Assembly: GCA_051362555.1 (NCBI GenBank)
Contig: CM120642.1
Location: forward strand, 33,418,001-33,482,000
Direction: 5' to 3'
Origin: Lingula anatina
Lineage: Eukaryota; Animalia; Brachiopoda
DNA length: 64,000 nt
The position numbers were made by a program, and so were the translations under genes. The notes beneath the pieces are model-generated. The model made no database searches. It was not told where the DNA came from and was given only the letters and a program-made list of their open reading frames with translations. Below, one piece after another: positions 37,501-51,208 of this stretch (within the stretch, counting starts at the first letter, position 1; the number at the start of each line of letters is the position of its first letter).

Positions 37501-39644
37501 CAACTGAACTAAATGTCATATCAATACTCATTTTAGACAATCAGGAGACCAGATGTTTTAACCGATCGTACATGGTAAATAGTGTGCATATTGTAGCGCT
37601 TGACACGAAGGTACCTGAAATGTGTAGACCCGTTGTATGATGTACAAGTACATGTATTTCAATTTGACGAACACAGGAAACAAAGGTTATTCATTATCTA
37701 GAACACCCAGAAATAAATGACAACAATTAACACTTGTTTTAAGCGCTCACAAGCTCACCATTAGTCGATATAGTGATATGCATTCAGACTTAAGTGGTAC
37801 CCATTTATTCCATATTTTTCGGCGACGTTAGTTTTGCTGAATTACAATGTACGTATACAACGTGTGCCATACTCTATTTCGGGGTTTCGCTCTAAAGTGT
37901 CATTTATTTGTCTTTTGGCATTCAGGGAAGATCCCATACAGTTTATTGCCATTGTTATATTATTACTTGACACGTGGTTTATAAATTGGGGTAACAAACG
38001 CAGTGAACTCACTAAACGCATGCCACGACGGTCTATCTATATATTTGCGACGTTGTTCAGAATGTAAACATGGTGATCAGTAGCAACGGTCGTTTTCATA
38101 GTGTTACACATACAATAGATAACTAGTTAGTGAAAGGAGACATCGAAGACAATGAGAAGTGTACGTACAATGTGACAATTCATATACAACCACAAGCTAA
38201 GCTGATCTTATGTACAAGGTCATTAAATGTGATATCCCCAAGTTGGCAATACTGATTGCGATTTCAAATGCGCTTTAACAACCTTGAATGCGTTTGTGAA
38301 GATATACATCCATGAATGTTAAATCCGAGACCTGGTTAAGAATTTATACTTGATCCACGTGTAATCAAAAACTGGAAAACAGTCAATGTTATACAAATAT
38401 TGGCATTTGTATGCCGCCAAAGTGGTGTTTTGTAAACCTCAGGAAAGATACATCACTCAAGGCGCGCGCCAATAATCGGACAATATCAACGCTGTTAAAA
38501 CGTCCTTTTCTGACATTCAGGCCAATGAACTTTTGAGCCATACATAGTATTGACTGAAAGCCAAAGTAAAATTTGTTTTATTTTGCAATTCAATACATGT
38601 ATGTCAATGTCCTCCAAGTTGTTAAAAATGTTTCAACATTGACGTCATAGACCATTGTTGTCGTCTGATTGATAACATGAGTTCTGTCTTATGATTGGTT
38701 ATAATAAATCAGCAATTACGTCATCGGTCAGAATTATGTTAATGGTGTTATTGGTCAATATTATGTTTTATCAGACCTCACGTTCCCGGATGAAAGAATA
38801 TAATCTATGCTATTTCCATAGTTCGTTTGCATACATCCCTCACATTGTTAATAATCACTGGTACATTCAAAAGTCAATTTTGCGGCGACATCCTGATTTC
38901 AATGCAATGTGTCGGTGCATGCAAGGTTCACAGACATCTACTGGCAGATCTATATTTGTCTAGGGGACAACTTCAATGATCAACTGAAATCAAAATTACC
39001 GGGGGTAGTTTTGAATGATCGTTCATCTGTCATATTCAAACTTTAACTCGCGACATAATAGCCTTGTCACACAATGTGAGCACATTAAAAATTTTTTTAA
39101 ACGGATTTATTTCTGCAATAAAGATATACATAATAAATAAATTCAAAGCAGGCGGCACGTCGCCACAGCTTTATGTGCTCGCCTGCGTTAATATAATTCA
39201 TAGTAACAAAATTAATTGATTATGATTATATAGAAGTAATGATAATAATTGTGATAACACTAATTAGTACTCATTATTGTAAAGGAGAGCAACAAGGAAG
39301 GGGGACATAGACACGGGGCGATATATGCGATATACGAGCACATATTTTCATAATGTGAGATGCTATGAGTAGAAAGCTGTAGGATCTCTTTTGACCATCT
39401 ATTCTGACGAAAGTTGTTTGTGTGACGTTACAGCAAACGAATCGTTGAACCAAACGATATTTGGAAAATTTCGCCTTTGTACGTTTATATAATTAAATAA
39501 CGTTATGGTAACGTTACAAAACATCCTGGGTTTTCCTGGTATGGGCAGCCGGAGTAGAAGCAGGACACTGGGTCTGTTGAGATCAGCAAACAAAGATACC
39601 ACCATTACGTCACCTTGATGGTTGGCGAGTTAAACCCAGAGACC

Positions 39645-42600
39645 CTAAACTTGTTTTATCTTCATAACTGCCCAATGGAGCAGAACGGCGCCGTCGCCAT
39701 TGCTACCGTAAGGTATCCCGTTATGCTTGAAACGGGAAAAACATTCACCTGCGCAATTTTCTGCTACATATACTGTGCTGTATTTACCGGTGAGGCTTAC
39801 TTCTGAACATGAATTATACCACCACCCACCGGCGTACGATTCTGCACAATTGTGGTTATTTATCAGGTCATTGTCGCTCTCGTAAGTGCTAAATTTCATC
39901 CCTTGGATAGAGAGCCAAGGCTCGCCATTACTCAAGTTCCCCTCTCCCTGAGGAAAATGGCCCAAAGTGTAGTGTGTCTCCTCGGGTTCTACGGTGAAAT
40001 TCACGAGGACGTGAGAGAAGTAAGTGTCGGTCAAGACGTCCCTGACTTCGGTCATTAAGGAGTAATTCCCCTGGTTGGTAAGATGATGGAACGCCTCCAG
40101 TCCCAACCAATGGTCGCCCGCCACGTCACCAAACCCGTTTCTGAACTCGGTCCATTCTCTGAAAAAAAATGATGCACATATTCGTTCCTATGTGAGGTAC
40201 GTCATGTATGCCTTGGGAGTTTTTGAGAAAACAAGCACGATTTCCTGAGTCTCGGACTTCACGCATGAGAAAAATTGAAGTGCACTGTTAAATTCATCGT
40301 AAAATTTCTACAAATGTAAAAAATCGTCTTACAGCCCATATGGTGTATATATGGTGCAAACATCTCACCTGGTAAAATTCAGTTCGTCACTCGTTCTCCG
40401 CATCAGAACAGTCCAACCTTGTTCACAGTACACTTGAATTGCTCTCTTCATGCCATGGCTGTATATCCAGTGAACGCCATCTACCTCACCTAAAAGATAC
40501 ATGGTACTTAGAACTCAATTCACATCAGACAATAGCATAATATGCATTAACACGTGTAATTTAACATACTACATATGTAAGCATATATAATTGTATATCC
40601 ATATATATTGTGTAAATAATGTAGTCTAGAGAGCCTGCAAATGTATTCATATTATTTAGTGCTCAATAAACTTATTATTATTATTAACATCTGACCTCAA
40701 GCGTTTCGGTCACGTGATAGGGAAGATATTGACCGCTTTTTGGTAATAAAACTGGCTACACATGGACATCTCTCACCATGCCATTTGCGCTGCCAAAATA
40801 TTTCACAATACAACTAGTCAGAGTCATAAAAGAAGAACTACAGTACCTCGCACACAGGACTTGACATTATGTTGCCACGGGGCGAAAAGAAAAACAGATG
40901 ACATAAACTTGTACATTGTGCATCCAATGGTTCAAAACTAATTTCGTAACTCAAATCAGTTTCCAGGTTTAACGTGATAAAACTTGAGTGACTTGGGAAG
41001 ATACTACTAATTCCCACATTTGCTGTTTTAATTAATTGAAATTAATTTTAAGTAATGTATATTCCGCAAGGTAATCAATGCGAACCACCTGTACTGTTTC
41101 AGACCTGCCTCTAACCGTACTGTATGTCATGCGATCTTAATTCACTACTCTACCCGAATTATATTTCCTAATTGCAACGTATCCTTTCCTCTCTTTAAAT
41201 TCAGATGCCAATACACAAAGGCTTGTAAAATATTTAGTTTTAAGATTTTTGTTTTCCATGCCACTCCGTTTTTTTTTTATCTACAATAGCCTTTATAATT
41301 AAAGTATTATCGAGCCGGGACAAGGGCATTTCTTTGAAAAAATTGATTGTAACATATATCGCAGTAAAAGCACATGATTAAGACCGCGAAATCGAACCGC
41401 AAAGATATGTCCTATATCTTAGGCTTGAAAAACGAAATGGGTTTCAGTAAATCGCCCACGAATGTGTACAACAAATAAGAAGGCGTTGTGAACGGACAAG
41501 TATTTGAGCAGCTGGACCTGTGTACTTTAGCAACAACTGCTATCCATCGAAATTCAGAATGATGGGAAATCGTTAGATTTGTATTACCAACATCTTTAAC
41601 GCAATAACATGCTCAAATCTATTAATGCAGAAAGGGTAATCAATACAATTGTCAACCTCGGCAGATAGGGGTTCGGGTTAAGATGTCCATTCTGTGATAT
41701 CCCATTAGTAAAATAATGGCGTTTTCATTTCTCTTGTGTCATTTTTTCTATTCCTCTGATACAGGTACATATACTGAGTACTGAATAGATGCATGTGTTT
41801 GCGCATTCGTATCTTCCAGTACACATGCACCCATTCTTTCACTCACGATCATTGTGCAGGAAAGAAAAGAGAAGAAGGAGAGAGAGACAAAGAGAGAGAG
41901 CGGAAAGTAAAGCGACTTTGTGCAATTGCAAAATCTTAAAGGTACATATGAACCGAGCATCGGTGGTGCGTGGATTCCCAGTAACATATATAAACCACTT
42001 CTAATAGTTTCTAATACGACTCAAATAAATTCGACATGCCAAGTGATAAACTGAATAAATCGCTACCAGAAAAATCCGTTCAAATATAATTTTTGCTTAA
42101 AATTAAACAATGCCTATTGATAGTTCTCTTTGTTATACTACTTGAAACTTCATATGCATCTTTATTCTGCCTTTAGGTGATCTATTAACACATTGTTTTA
42201 CGTATTGCATTGACTTTTTCATATTTGCATGTGTACCACTTTCTTACGTATATCGCATAAGTGTCGTTAACAAATGTCATTCACGAAAATGACGATCAGT
42301 GCAAGTACAGGCAATCAGTGTCATCTTTAGTGAAGTGGTGTACAGACAACATGGTTTGATTTTGAGTGCTTGCAAAACGAAAGAGGTTACTGTTGGCAAC
42401 ACAAGAAATCAAAACTGTAAAGACCCATTAAAATCAGTGGGGAGGCTGTGAAACAAGTCTAATAACAAGCTATTGGGTGTTGTATACACATTACATTGAT
42501 TTTCGCCAAATATTTGCATGTGTACCACTTTATTACGTAAATGGCATAAGTGTTATTAACAAATGTCATTCACGATAATGACGATCAGTGTAAGTACAGG

Positions 42601-43891
42601 CAATCAGTGCCATCTTTAGTCAAGTGGTGCACAGACAATATGACTTGATTTTGAGTGTTAGCAAACAGAAGAGATTATTGTAGACTACAGAAGGAATCAA
42701 AATTTATTAACAAAGTATGTAAAATCTTAATGATACATGTAGTAATATTAGGTACACTGTACTCACCATAGTCACTGCAATCTTGTGGTAGCTGTTATAA
42801 ATAAAAAGAAGAGACTTCCAGTTACTTTCAGAAAACTTTGGGATACTGTCAAACAAAAGTGGGGGAGTCGTTCCAATAAACACACAGCCCATTCTTTCCA
42901 GACATTGTTAGAAATAATATAATAACTGCCCGATATGTAATTTTCAAACACAATTAAAATTTCCAGTTTAACTCCTTTCTCGCTAGTGTTCTTAGTAGGT
43001 ATAGATTGGACGCCTCTCTTAATGTCCTGTCTCGTCTCAAATCCAAAATTTCAAGGATCGAAAAAACTTTTTGCGGAGACATGTTGCTGATGAGAAGTTG
43101 TGGTCTGCACCACCTTCTCGTTGTTTCCCCAAGTTTTATGTTATTTTGCCTTTCATCAGTTTGGGAAAACAATTTTGCTATATAATTGAGCTATTCCATC
43201 CCCCTCCCCCTGATCCTGAATGCTAAGCTTCGACGGACATGTCAAATGAACGGAGAATGATAGCATAACAAAGCCAATTTATATGGGGAGCTTTGTAAGG
43301 GGGAAAGGAACGGTGGCCACAGAAACGCTTCTGTAACAACACTTAGACCTACTCGGCTTACACCCGAAAAACTGGAGAAGTATATAAAAAATCGAAAAAA
43401 ATAAACCAGAACCCCACAAAACTTAAAGCATCGGCAGACCCCATCCATCCAAACCTGGTCAGTTTTCTACAACACCAACAGTGTATAGATGTAATTATAC
43501 AGTCAATACACCATACAAGGGAAGTCAAAACAGAATGAACTAAAGCATTTACCTTGAAGAAATATCTGCTTCCCGCTTCGTTTGTTAAATTGTCATCTTT
43601 AGAACTGATATCTGAACGGGAATTCAGGTCACAGATTGCCTCAGTCCCCCGCATATTGAAAGATTTGCAGTCCATGTTCTTCATGCACTTCATGGCACAT
43701 TCAACACTTGTGAAATCTCTCCACGTTTCAATAACACTGTTAGGAAAATATTTCCCGTCCGTGGCGAAGAAGAAATTAGAAATATCATTAGCCAAAGTAG
43801 TTTCGCCAGCTGAGCTTACGTATACATACATATTTGCCAAAAACAGGCTAAAAACGCACCCCCAGAGCAGGACTACCCTGTGCGCTGACAT
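39645..43891 (-). CDS. Secreted PAN/Apple + fibrinogen-related domain protein, copy A (~332 aa)
   Basis: Exons 43891-43553 (signal peptide + PAN, ECAMKCMKNMDCKSFN..CDLN), 42791-42767 (LPQDCSDY), 40489-40369 (VYCEQGWTVLMRR), 40158-39645 (GFGDVAGDHWLGLE..FSTYESDND..NCA..GGWWYNSC..MKIK). Total 999 nt, in frame. Confidence 0.92.
42221..42703. repeat. ~190-nt direct duplication (~290-nt period) in an intron of PAN-FReD copy A
   Basis: ATATTTGCATGTGTACCACT...AAATCAAAA at ~42221-42414 and again at ~42510-42703 with high identity. Confidence 0.85.
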
Positions 43892-44433
43892 ATCGAAGTA
43901 GTGCACCAAAAAGTCTTGGTTTAAACTGTCGCAATAAATACGAGCGCGCAGATATTGATATAACAATGCCCTAAAATGTTATCACCTTGTAACTTGATGC
44001 TGGAGCATAATTACGTGTTACAATTTATGTCCAGGAAACAGCCATTAGTAACCAATGGAGGCGGTTACCATTGGTCCTTGCTGTTGATTAAACCCCAAAA
44101 GGTTTAAAGTGAAATGGTAACGCTGACATCATATCCGCGCAAAAACGTAATATACGTACTTCATGCCAATCATGCAATCGTGCTTCAACGATACTTCTCA
44201 GTTGTTAAAAGCGTACTCCGAATTTGAAGTATGAAAAATGGCATTCTTTGCGATCCTGCTTCTAATTCGCAGTGATAATTAAGCACTATTGATGCTTTTA
44301 AGCAGTGGTACACGATTCATTTGTGCTCAGAGTGAAGTAGGCCCGAAGTAACATCCGTAACGGAAGCAGCCTTCTACTCACAGGTAAGATACTGTGTATA
44401 CTTCAACGTCAAATAGAAATAGAGCATTTTGCT

Positions 44434-44513
44434 CTATAAATTAAACGCATGCTGCTTCTCCACTGCTGAAAGAACTATAAATTAAACGCATGCTGCTTCT
44501 CCACTGCTGAAAG
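44434..44513. repeat. 41-bp tandem duplication
   Basis: CTATAAATTAAACGCATGCTGCTTCTCCACTGCTGAAAG at 44434 and 44475. Confidence 0.9.
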
Positions 44514-44904
44514 ATGTCTGTAACATCTATCCATTTACTATTTCATGACCGTTTTCTGTCTAGCCTATAGATTCGCCAACCTCAGGATCGAAAAGCGGCA
44601 TTATATGGATATAATATCCCTTTGTCGAAGCCTGCGATCGGCAAAACATTTTAAAGTTAATTCTGCTGCAAAGCATTTACAGTAGATTATTATTGAAAAA
44701 AAAAACAAAAACAAGTGAGCTGTCTATTTTGCACGCTGTACCTTTTGCAACCTAAAATTTTAATCAATAACTTATTCGCAAAGTGAACATTGTCTTGAAA
44801 CTCGACATCCACTAAATGTGCAACGGCATCAACTATTAATTTCTGTCATTTATGCATTTCGGGTATCGCCGTCCGTTTGGCAGCCATTAAGACCGGTGTC
44901 ACAT

Positions 44905-45392
44905 CAGGGCCGTAGCCTGAGCAAAATGCCAGGGGGGGCAGTAAGCGGACACGAGGGGGTGAAGCCCCCGAGGGGGGAGGGTGTGGGAGGGGGTGTCCCC
45001 CTCCTTCGGTGTGGAAAATTTTTAAAAACTGTATGTATAATACTGCATTCTGGTGCATTTTAACTGTTATTTATTGGTCAATCAGAAGTCAGAAATTTTG
45101 GGTTCATTTTGCCATGTACAGTCATTCTTTCAACACAACACGCCAATTGGCCTGGGGGATAGCTCCCTCAGGGAGGGTGAGCTTTTTGGCATGAACTGAG
45201 ATGGCTAAAAACAGTATACCTTTGTAAACAGATTGTTGAATGATTGTCTAGTGGCCATGAATGCCTTTCCTCACAGAATTGATACCAACTTTGCAATTAT
45301 TTTTTTTTACCTTTGCGATTATTATTTTTTTTGCACCCCAATTTCCAGGGGGGGCAGCTGCCCCCCCTGCCCCCCCGGAGGCTACGGCCCTG
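44905..45392. mobile_element. Non-autonomous DNA transposon (MITE), 13-bp TIRs, 5-bp TSD
   Basis: TIRs CAGGGCCGTAGCC ... GGCTACGGCCCTG; CACAT duplicated at 44900-44904 and 45393-45397; G/C-run-rich subterminal regions. Confidence 0.85.
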
Positions 45393-45628
45393 CACATGGC
45401 AGATTGCCATGGGAATATGTTTTTTTTTTTTATTTCGCACGACGATGATCCCGAAGCTGGTAAGCAGTTGGTCAATATCCAACACGTACATGTACAAGGA
45501 TTTCATTTGGATAGCTAGGCCAGCGAATAATTCCCCTTTGCCTTTTGACAGTAAAGATAGCCCAGTAATCAATTTTCGTCAAAATTAATTGATTTTTTCT
45601 CAATAATTACAATATATTACAACATATC

Positions 45629-46175
45629 CTATTTCCTGATTTTCAACACGGCCCATCGCAAAAGAATGTCGTTTGATCCGATGTCCCCAAAAGGAATCCC
45701 CACATGTTTGGCCCAACGCCAGCAACCAGAAGTGCACGAGGACGGTGTCGCCATCTTGGAAGTGAGGCTGATTACACTACACGCCTTGTACCACCAACCT
45801 CCACCGTGTTGCACGGCACAATTAGCCAATCCTTTCTTGTCGTTGTCTCGATCAAGAGTGGTGAATTTGTAAAACCGATTCCACTTATGAGATGTGCCAT
45901 TTGCAGATAGGTTCCCAACCCCACCAGGGGTTATATCCAAGGTGTAGTCTTCATCCTCCGAACTCACGCGAAAGCCCACGTGAATGTCCGAGAAATACGT
46001 GTCAGTCAACATGTCCCTGACTTCGGTCATTAAGGAGTAGTTTCCCTGGTTCGTGAGATGATGAAACGCCTCCAGCCCCAGCCAATGGTCGCCTGCCACG
46101 TCACCAAACCCATCTCTGTATTCATCCCATCCCCTGTTGTAATTGATGGAAAAGAGATGCTCAAACGCATAGATA

Positions 46176-46220
<45 letters not shown>

Positions 46221-48034
46221 TTGAGTTTATAATGTTCATCTTAACATTGCTGGCTGTCTATGATTCTTTTAATGCTACCGTTTGTTTACAAACCATAAGA
46301 AAGAAAAATAAAATGCATAATTTAATATGGCGGCTACATGTACTTGTCTATTAGCATAAACGAATGTATAAATTCAAGTAAGATGAAAAAGGATGTTATA
46401 AAAAGTTGCTATTATCTTACCAAAAAATGTTGATTAATTTAATGAAGTTATGCTATTTCTATTCACAAAGATATAATTTAACCTGTTGAAGTTCAGTTCG
46501 GGCCCCGTCCGCCGCAACAGCAAGGTCCATCCCTGCTGACAATAAACTTCAATCGATTTTTTCATGGACTGAATATAAACCCAGTGAACTCCATCCGCCC
46601 CATCTGAAATAAAACACCTGGTGCTTTGTTACTTGATTGACATGCCGTTTTGTTTTACGTGGATTTAAGTACGAAGAAAACCACATAAACTATGAGGATA
46701 TGCATGTTCTGGGATTACTACAAGATACTGATAACTGTTCACTTTATCAGTCAAGAAAATGTGTTCACTCATGTGATACATAAGACCACATCTACTGCAC
46801 ATCACACACTGCTACTTGACTCTGAAAGAAGAGGGACATGGCTCTCCTGCTATGACTTTATAGACTCTACAGTTATGTAAGTGTTGAAGTTTGCTTTAAT
46901 TTTATGAATTAATGAATATTATAGTTTTAAATTGTATTTGTATTTGTTAGGTATATTGTGTTTTTTATTTCAGTGACCTGCTTATAGGCTAATCGGCTTA
47001 TCGACTACATGTATCAGCAAACAATACAGCAATTGTAAAAATAAACTGAAAACTAAAAGCCAGCCGAATTCAAAAAGAGTGTTTTCTATCCCGACACAGT
47101 GCAAATTGTTCAAAGTGGGTTAGTGGAAAACCGAGAGGGGACTGCGTCAGGAATCAAAACGACAACAATTCACCTGTAAGTAGTAAGTAAGTTTTATACT
47201 CTCTTAGATCTGTCAATGAAAACGAAGTTTATGGGATAATTTCAAGGTCAAAGAGTGAATACACACACACACACACACACACACGTATTCTAATATCCAT
47301 TCCCGCTCATGTACCCTGCATTTATAGATAAAGAAATTTGAATTAAAGTAAACAGGAATGTTCCAAAATGAGAATTCACGTTTTAAGTGTGTTGTAGACT
47401 AAGTATAAGTACAAGTAAAATGTGCATTAAAAATGAAAGAACGAAAACTTACCGTAGTCACTGCAATCTTCTGGATACTTCGTAAAATTAAAAAAAAAGG
47501 ACAATGAGACTATATATATATATATATATATATATGTTTCACGTACATCTACATGTATGACAGCAACATCTGATAATCTTTCGGACTTGTTATATTGAAC
47601 TTTACATAACAAGAAATACCAAAAAATACGCAATCACTGTGATATATCTGGCGTGTATACATATCTTAAAAGTAAAGGACCACTACCTTTAAATAGTACC
47701 TGCTACCTGCTTCGTCTATCAGATTCTGACCGCCAATTTTAACATCAGAGTCCCTGTTCAGCTCGCAAACAGCCCCAGCAGACCGTATATTGAAGGACTT
47801 ACAATCCTTGTTGTTCAGACACTTGAAAGAGCAGTCAACTGCCGTGGAATGTTCCCACGTGTCGATGACATTGTGCGGCAAATATTTCCCATTTGTGCCG
47901 ACAAAAAATGTTGATATCCCGTTTGTCGAAGATACATCATCAGCTGCGGTTGGATGTACATGTGAAAGTGAAATAAATCTGAGAAGAAAAGACGCGCTCA
48001 GAAAAATGAGACTTACACGTACAGGTGGTAACAT
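45629..48034 (-). CDS. Secreted PAN/Apple + fibrinogen-related domain protein, copy B (~332 aa)
   Basis: Exons 48034-47687 (signal + PAN, DCSFKCLNNKDCKSFN..CELN), 47477-47453 (YPEDCSDY), 46603-46483 (VYCQQGWTLLLRR), 46133-45629 (FReD C-terminal part, DRDND, NCA..GGWWYKAC). Total 999 nt, in frame. Confidence 0.92.
46177..46220. repeat. (AAT)n microsatellite
   Basis: Visible directly in the last intron of copy B. Confidence 0.9.
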
Positions 48035-50066
48035 GATGAGATGATATCACCACCGGCTAATTAGATGAATACGATGCGCAAATATGACAGACCCCACCTC
48101 ACAAATCATTAAAGTGAGTTGTTACATCATTAAGTATTAAGTTTCGTGGGAATGACACATGTTGATCAATTTTATCTGATCAAATTGCTCTTGAGTACGA
48201 TATTTCACTACACTTTAGGAAGGGACTATTGAATGTAATATGAAGGTTACAAGTATAAAACATTTGAATTTCAACGTTCGTTATACCAATACTTTTTTGA
48301 AGGAATACAGGGGAGGGGGGGCTGTGCCCCCGTGGCTAATGAGCGTGTTGAGGGTGTCACGTGACCCAATTTGCTTTTCCCTGGAACCGAAATAATCTCT
48401 GTAGAATAGAGAGTCTTACGAGTGCTGAATAGGTTTATTTTTCGGGCTTTTTACAAGAGAACTCCCACATTTCACCAATACCTGTGCTATAACACCACTG
48501 GATACTGCATGAGAACAAACTGCAATCGGTTCCTGGTTGCGACATTTCTCAACTAGCACAATCAGTTGCATTGCGACTTCACATTTCACTCCCGTATTGG
48601 ATCCTGGCTGCAACCTATCTCAACTAATACAATCAATAACAGTGCAGCTAGGCATGTCACTCACGTTTTTAAGTTCGTGACATGAAAAGTTCAGGAGTAT
48701 ACCGTCTTACTTCTCTCAGGGTATTTTTCTGATTACAGAGTCCCCCCCCCTTCCCACACCGAATCTGGCTTGTATCATAGCTCGTCAGAAGTCGGTTCCA
48801 GGTTAATTAATAATATACCCTCTGATATCAGGGGTATCTAAAACAGTAAATAAAATTTAATCACACAAAAAAAAAAAAAGAAAAAAAAAATTGAAACAGA
48901 CTACTAGCATGTAGACGTTGTGAACAATTCTAGATGACATCTAGACAAAACCTACATGATTTCAAAGAAGTATTGTGTGTGTAAGGATGTAAACATCATG
49001 GATATTTTTCAGTATAACTATCTAAAGAAAAAATACTCTCCGTTCTATCCCTGCTAGGGCATCTGTTTACATAAGGTCTACCTCACTGATACACTTACAC
49101 CACTCATTAATACCGATCCTGTGTTCATACGGCCTGGTTGTTTACTCCCAGAGATATTTCCCTTTCTTCCTTTCAGTTGAACAAAGAACTGTTTCATTGA
49201 GCCTTTATTCTGGTACATTTAGATTAGTACTTATACGTCAATTCATGCAAACAAACATAGACATCGCCTCTTATTTAAACTCTTGAGTTATGTAAAGTGG
49301 AAGTTTTAGGCTGCGTGTGCTACAACAAAAGTATTAATCCTTTCTAAGCAAATCTCGGACATTGGAGTTGTATTGATTTTTGCTGTTGTTTGAAGTGACA
49401 ATTGTTGAAACCTTTCATATCGACATTTTATCAGAGTATCCTGCAATTTTTAATGTTGTGATCTATAAGCCATTGACATACACAAGTACACAGTACACAG
49501 TATGGAATAAAGAGTCATATTAACACATGGTTTTGCACATAACGTCAAGATTTATTTAAAAAAAATAGTATTTAAAATTTTCATTACATGTTTACTTAAC
49601 TGCATATAAAATATTTGAAAGTGTTCAATTATTTTAAAATAAAATATTTATGTGGCCTTTTAAACACAATATTGCAGACTGAAAATTATCCCCTTTAAAA
49701 GGCCTACTTGTCGTTGTTTTTAGATAATTTTCAATCAACTCGGGTGCACTTTGTTTCAAAACTTGATAAAGTATTTCGTCACACGAATATACTCGCTTGT
49801 TCTGTTGTAGTAAAGTATAGCTGCATTTTGAATGTCTTAATCACAAATTAATTGATCAAATAAATATCCTGAACTATCCAGTTTGATAAAAAGTTTTCAT
49901 TTACCAGTATGCAATCGGTTTTGACGCATTTCAAAGTCAGTGTCAATTTTCAGGTGTTACATGTATTTATCGAACACTTACAGTGCCCACTTGACTCTTT
50001 ATGTATCCGCATACATATTTTTAATTCAAAATTACATCGACAATAATTCGATGAGATATTTATTTG

Positions 50067-51177
50067 CTAGCCAATCTTCTTGATCTTCATAACGGCAAAA
50101 TTGAGCAAGATGTCATCCGAACCATTCCCGCCAAATGGGACACCGTTGTGCTTGAAATAGGCGTAACATCCGGACGTACAATGCGTCGTCTGCCCGGTGA
50201 GAGAAACTAAGGTGCATGCCCTGTACCACCATCCCCCTCCGAATGTAGCCGCACAGTTTGAGGTACTTGTCGTATCCTGATCCTTGTCATAGGCCGAGAA
50301 CATCATGTCGTAGTTGATATACCACTGATCTTCTGCGGAACTAGTCAGATTTCCATCGCCAAGAGGGAACTCGTACAGGATATATCCCTCATCCTCTGGC
50401 CCGACACGGAAATCGACGTGGACATCCGAGAAATAAGTGCTTGTCAGATTGTCCCTGACTTCGGTCATTAAGGAGTAGTTTCCCTGGTTGGTGAGATGAT
50501 GGAACGCCTCCAGTCCCAGCCAATGGTCGCCTTCCAAGTCACCGAATCCGTTCCTATAATCTGACCACGTCCTGTGAATTGAAGAAATGAGATAAATGAT
50601 AAGATAAAAGACTACGTTTGCCATGTTTACTTTATACCAGGATTGTAAGGGGGGGTCAGCTTTTTGACGACATGATTCTAAGACCCCATTTCCAGAGATT
50701 AGATCGATCTACTTTAGATCGACCTAACTCCCTGGGGGTTCACGCTAAATAGCTGTCAGCCGAGCGGACACGAAAGTTAATTACCCCCTTACAGCTTGTA
50801 GTAGGTGGGACGGACATTTAAGCCGGATTATCTGACAGTAATCTAGTGAGACTCCCCGCGGGGATAGATCGATCTAAAAGCTCTGGGAATACAGCCTTAG
50901 TGTATGCGGCAGGCATGCCCTCTCATGGCTATTTTCTGGCAGGACGAGACATGACGTGTTTGGTAGGAATACAACAATCTAAATTCCAAACACTTTAATA
51001 AGGGTTTTCTTTCCACATTTTGAATCAGGTCTGTTATATGTGCAGTAACACTTAACTTATTAATAGTACATGTATGACTAAATTCTCTAAAGGTAAGAAA
51101 AATGATAGGATAAAATACTACGTTTACCATATACCAGTGCACATGTACAACGTGAACCTTTAAAATTGTAATGGACT

Positions 51178-51208
<31 letters not shown>

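Noticed and set aside
39645-40124. Stand-alone FReD ORFs (also 45629-46099 and 50067-50624) as single-exon genes or pseudogenes
   Set aside because: Their starts are GTG codons or intronic ATGs; each is the last exon of an intact 4-exon PAN-FReD gene.
44818-45588. Stack of overlapping short ORFs
   Set aside because: They overlap the GC-rich MITE and show no transposase or other motif.
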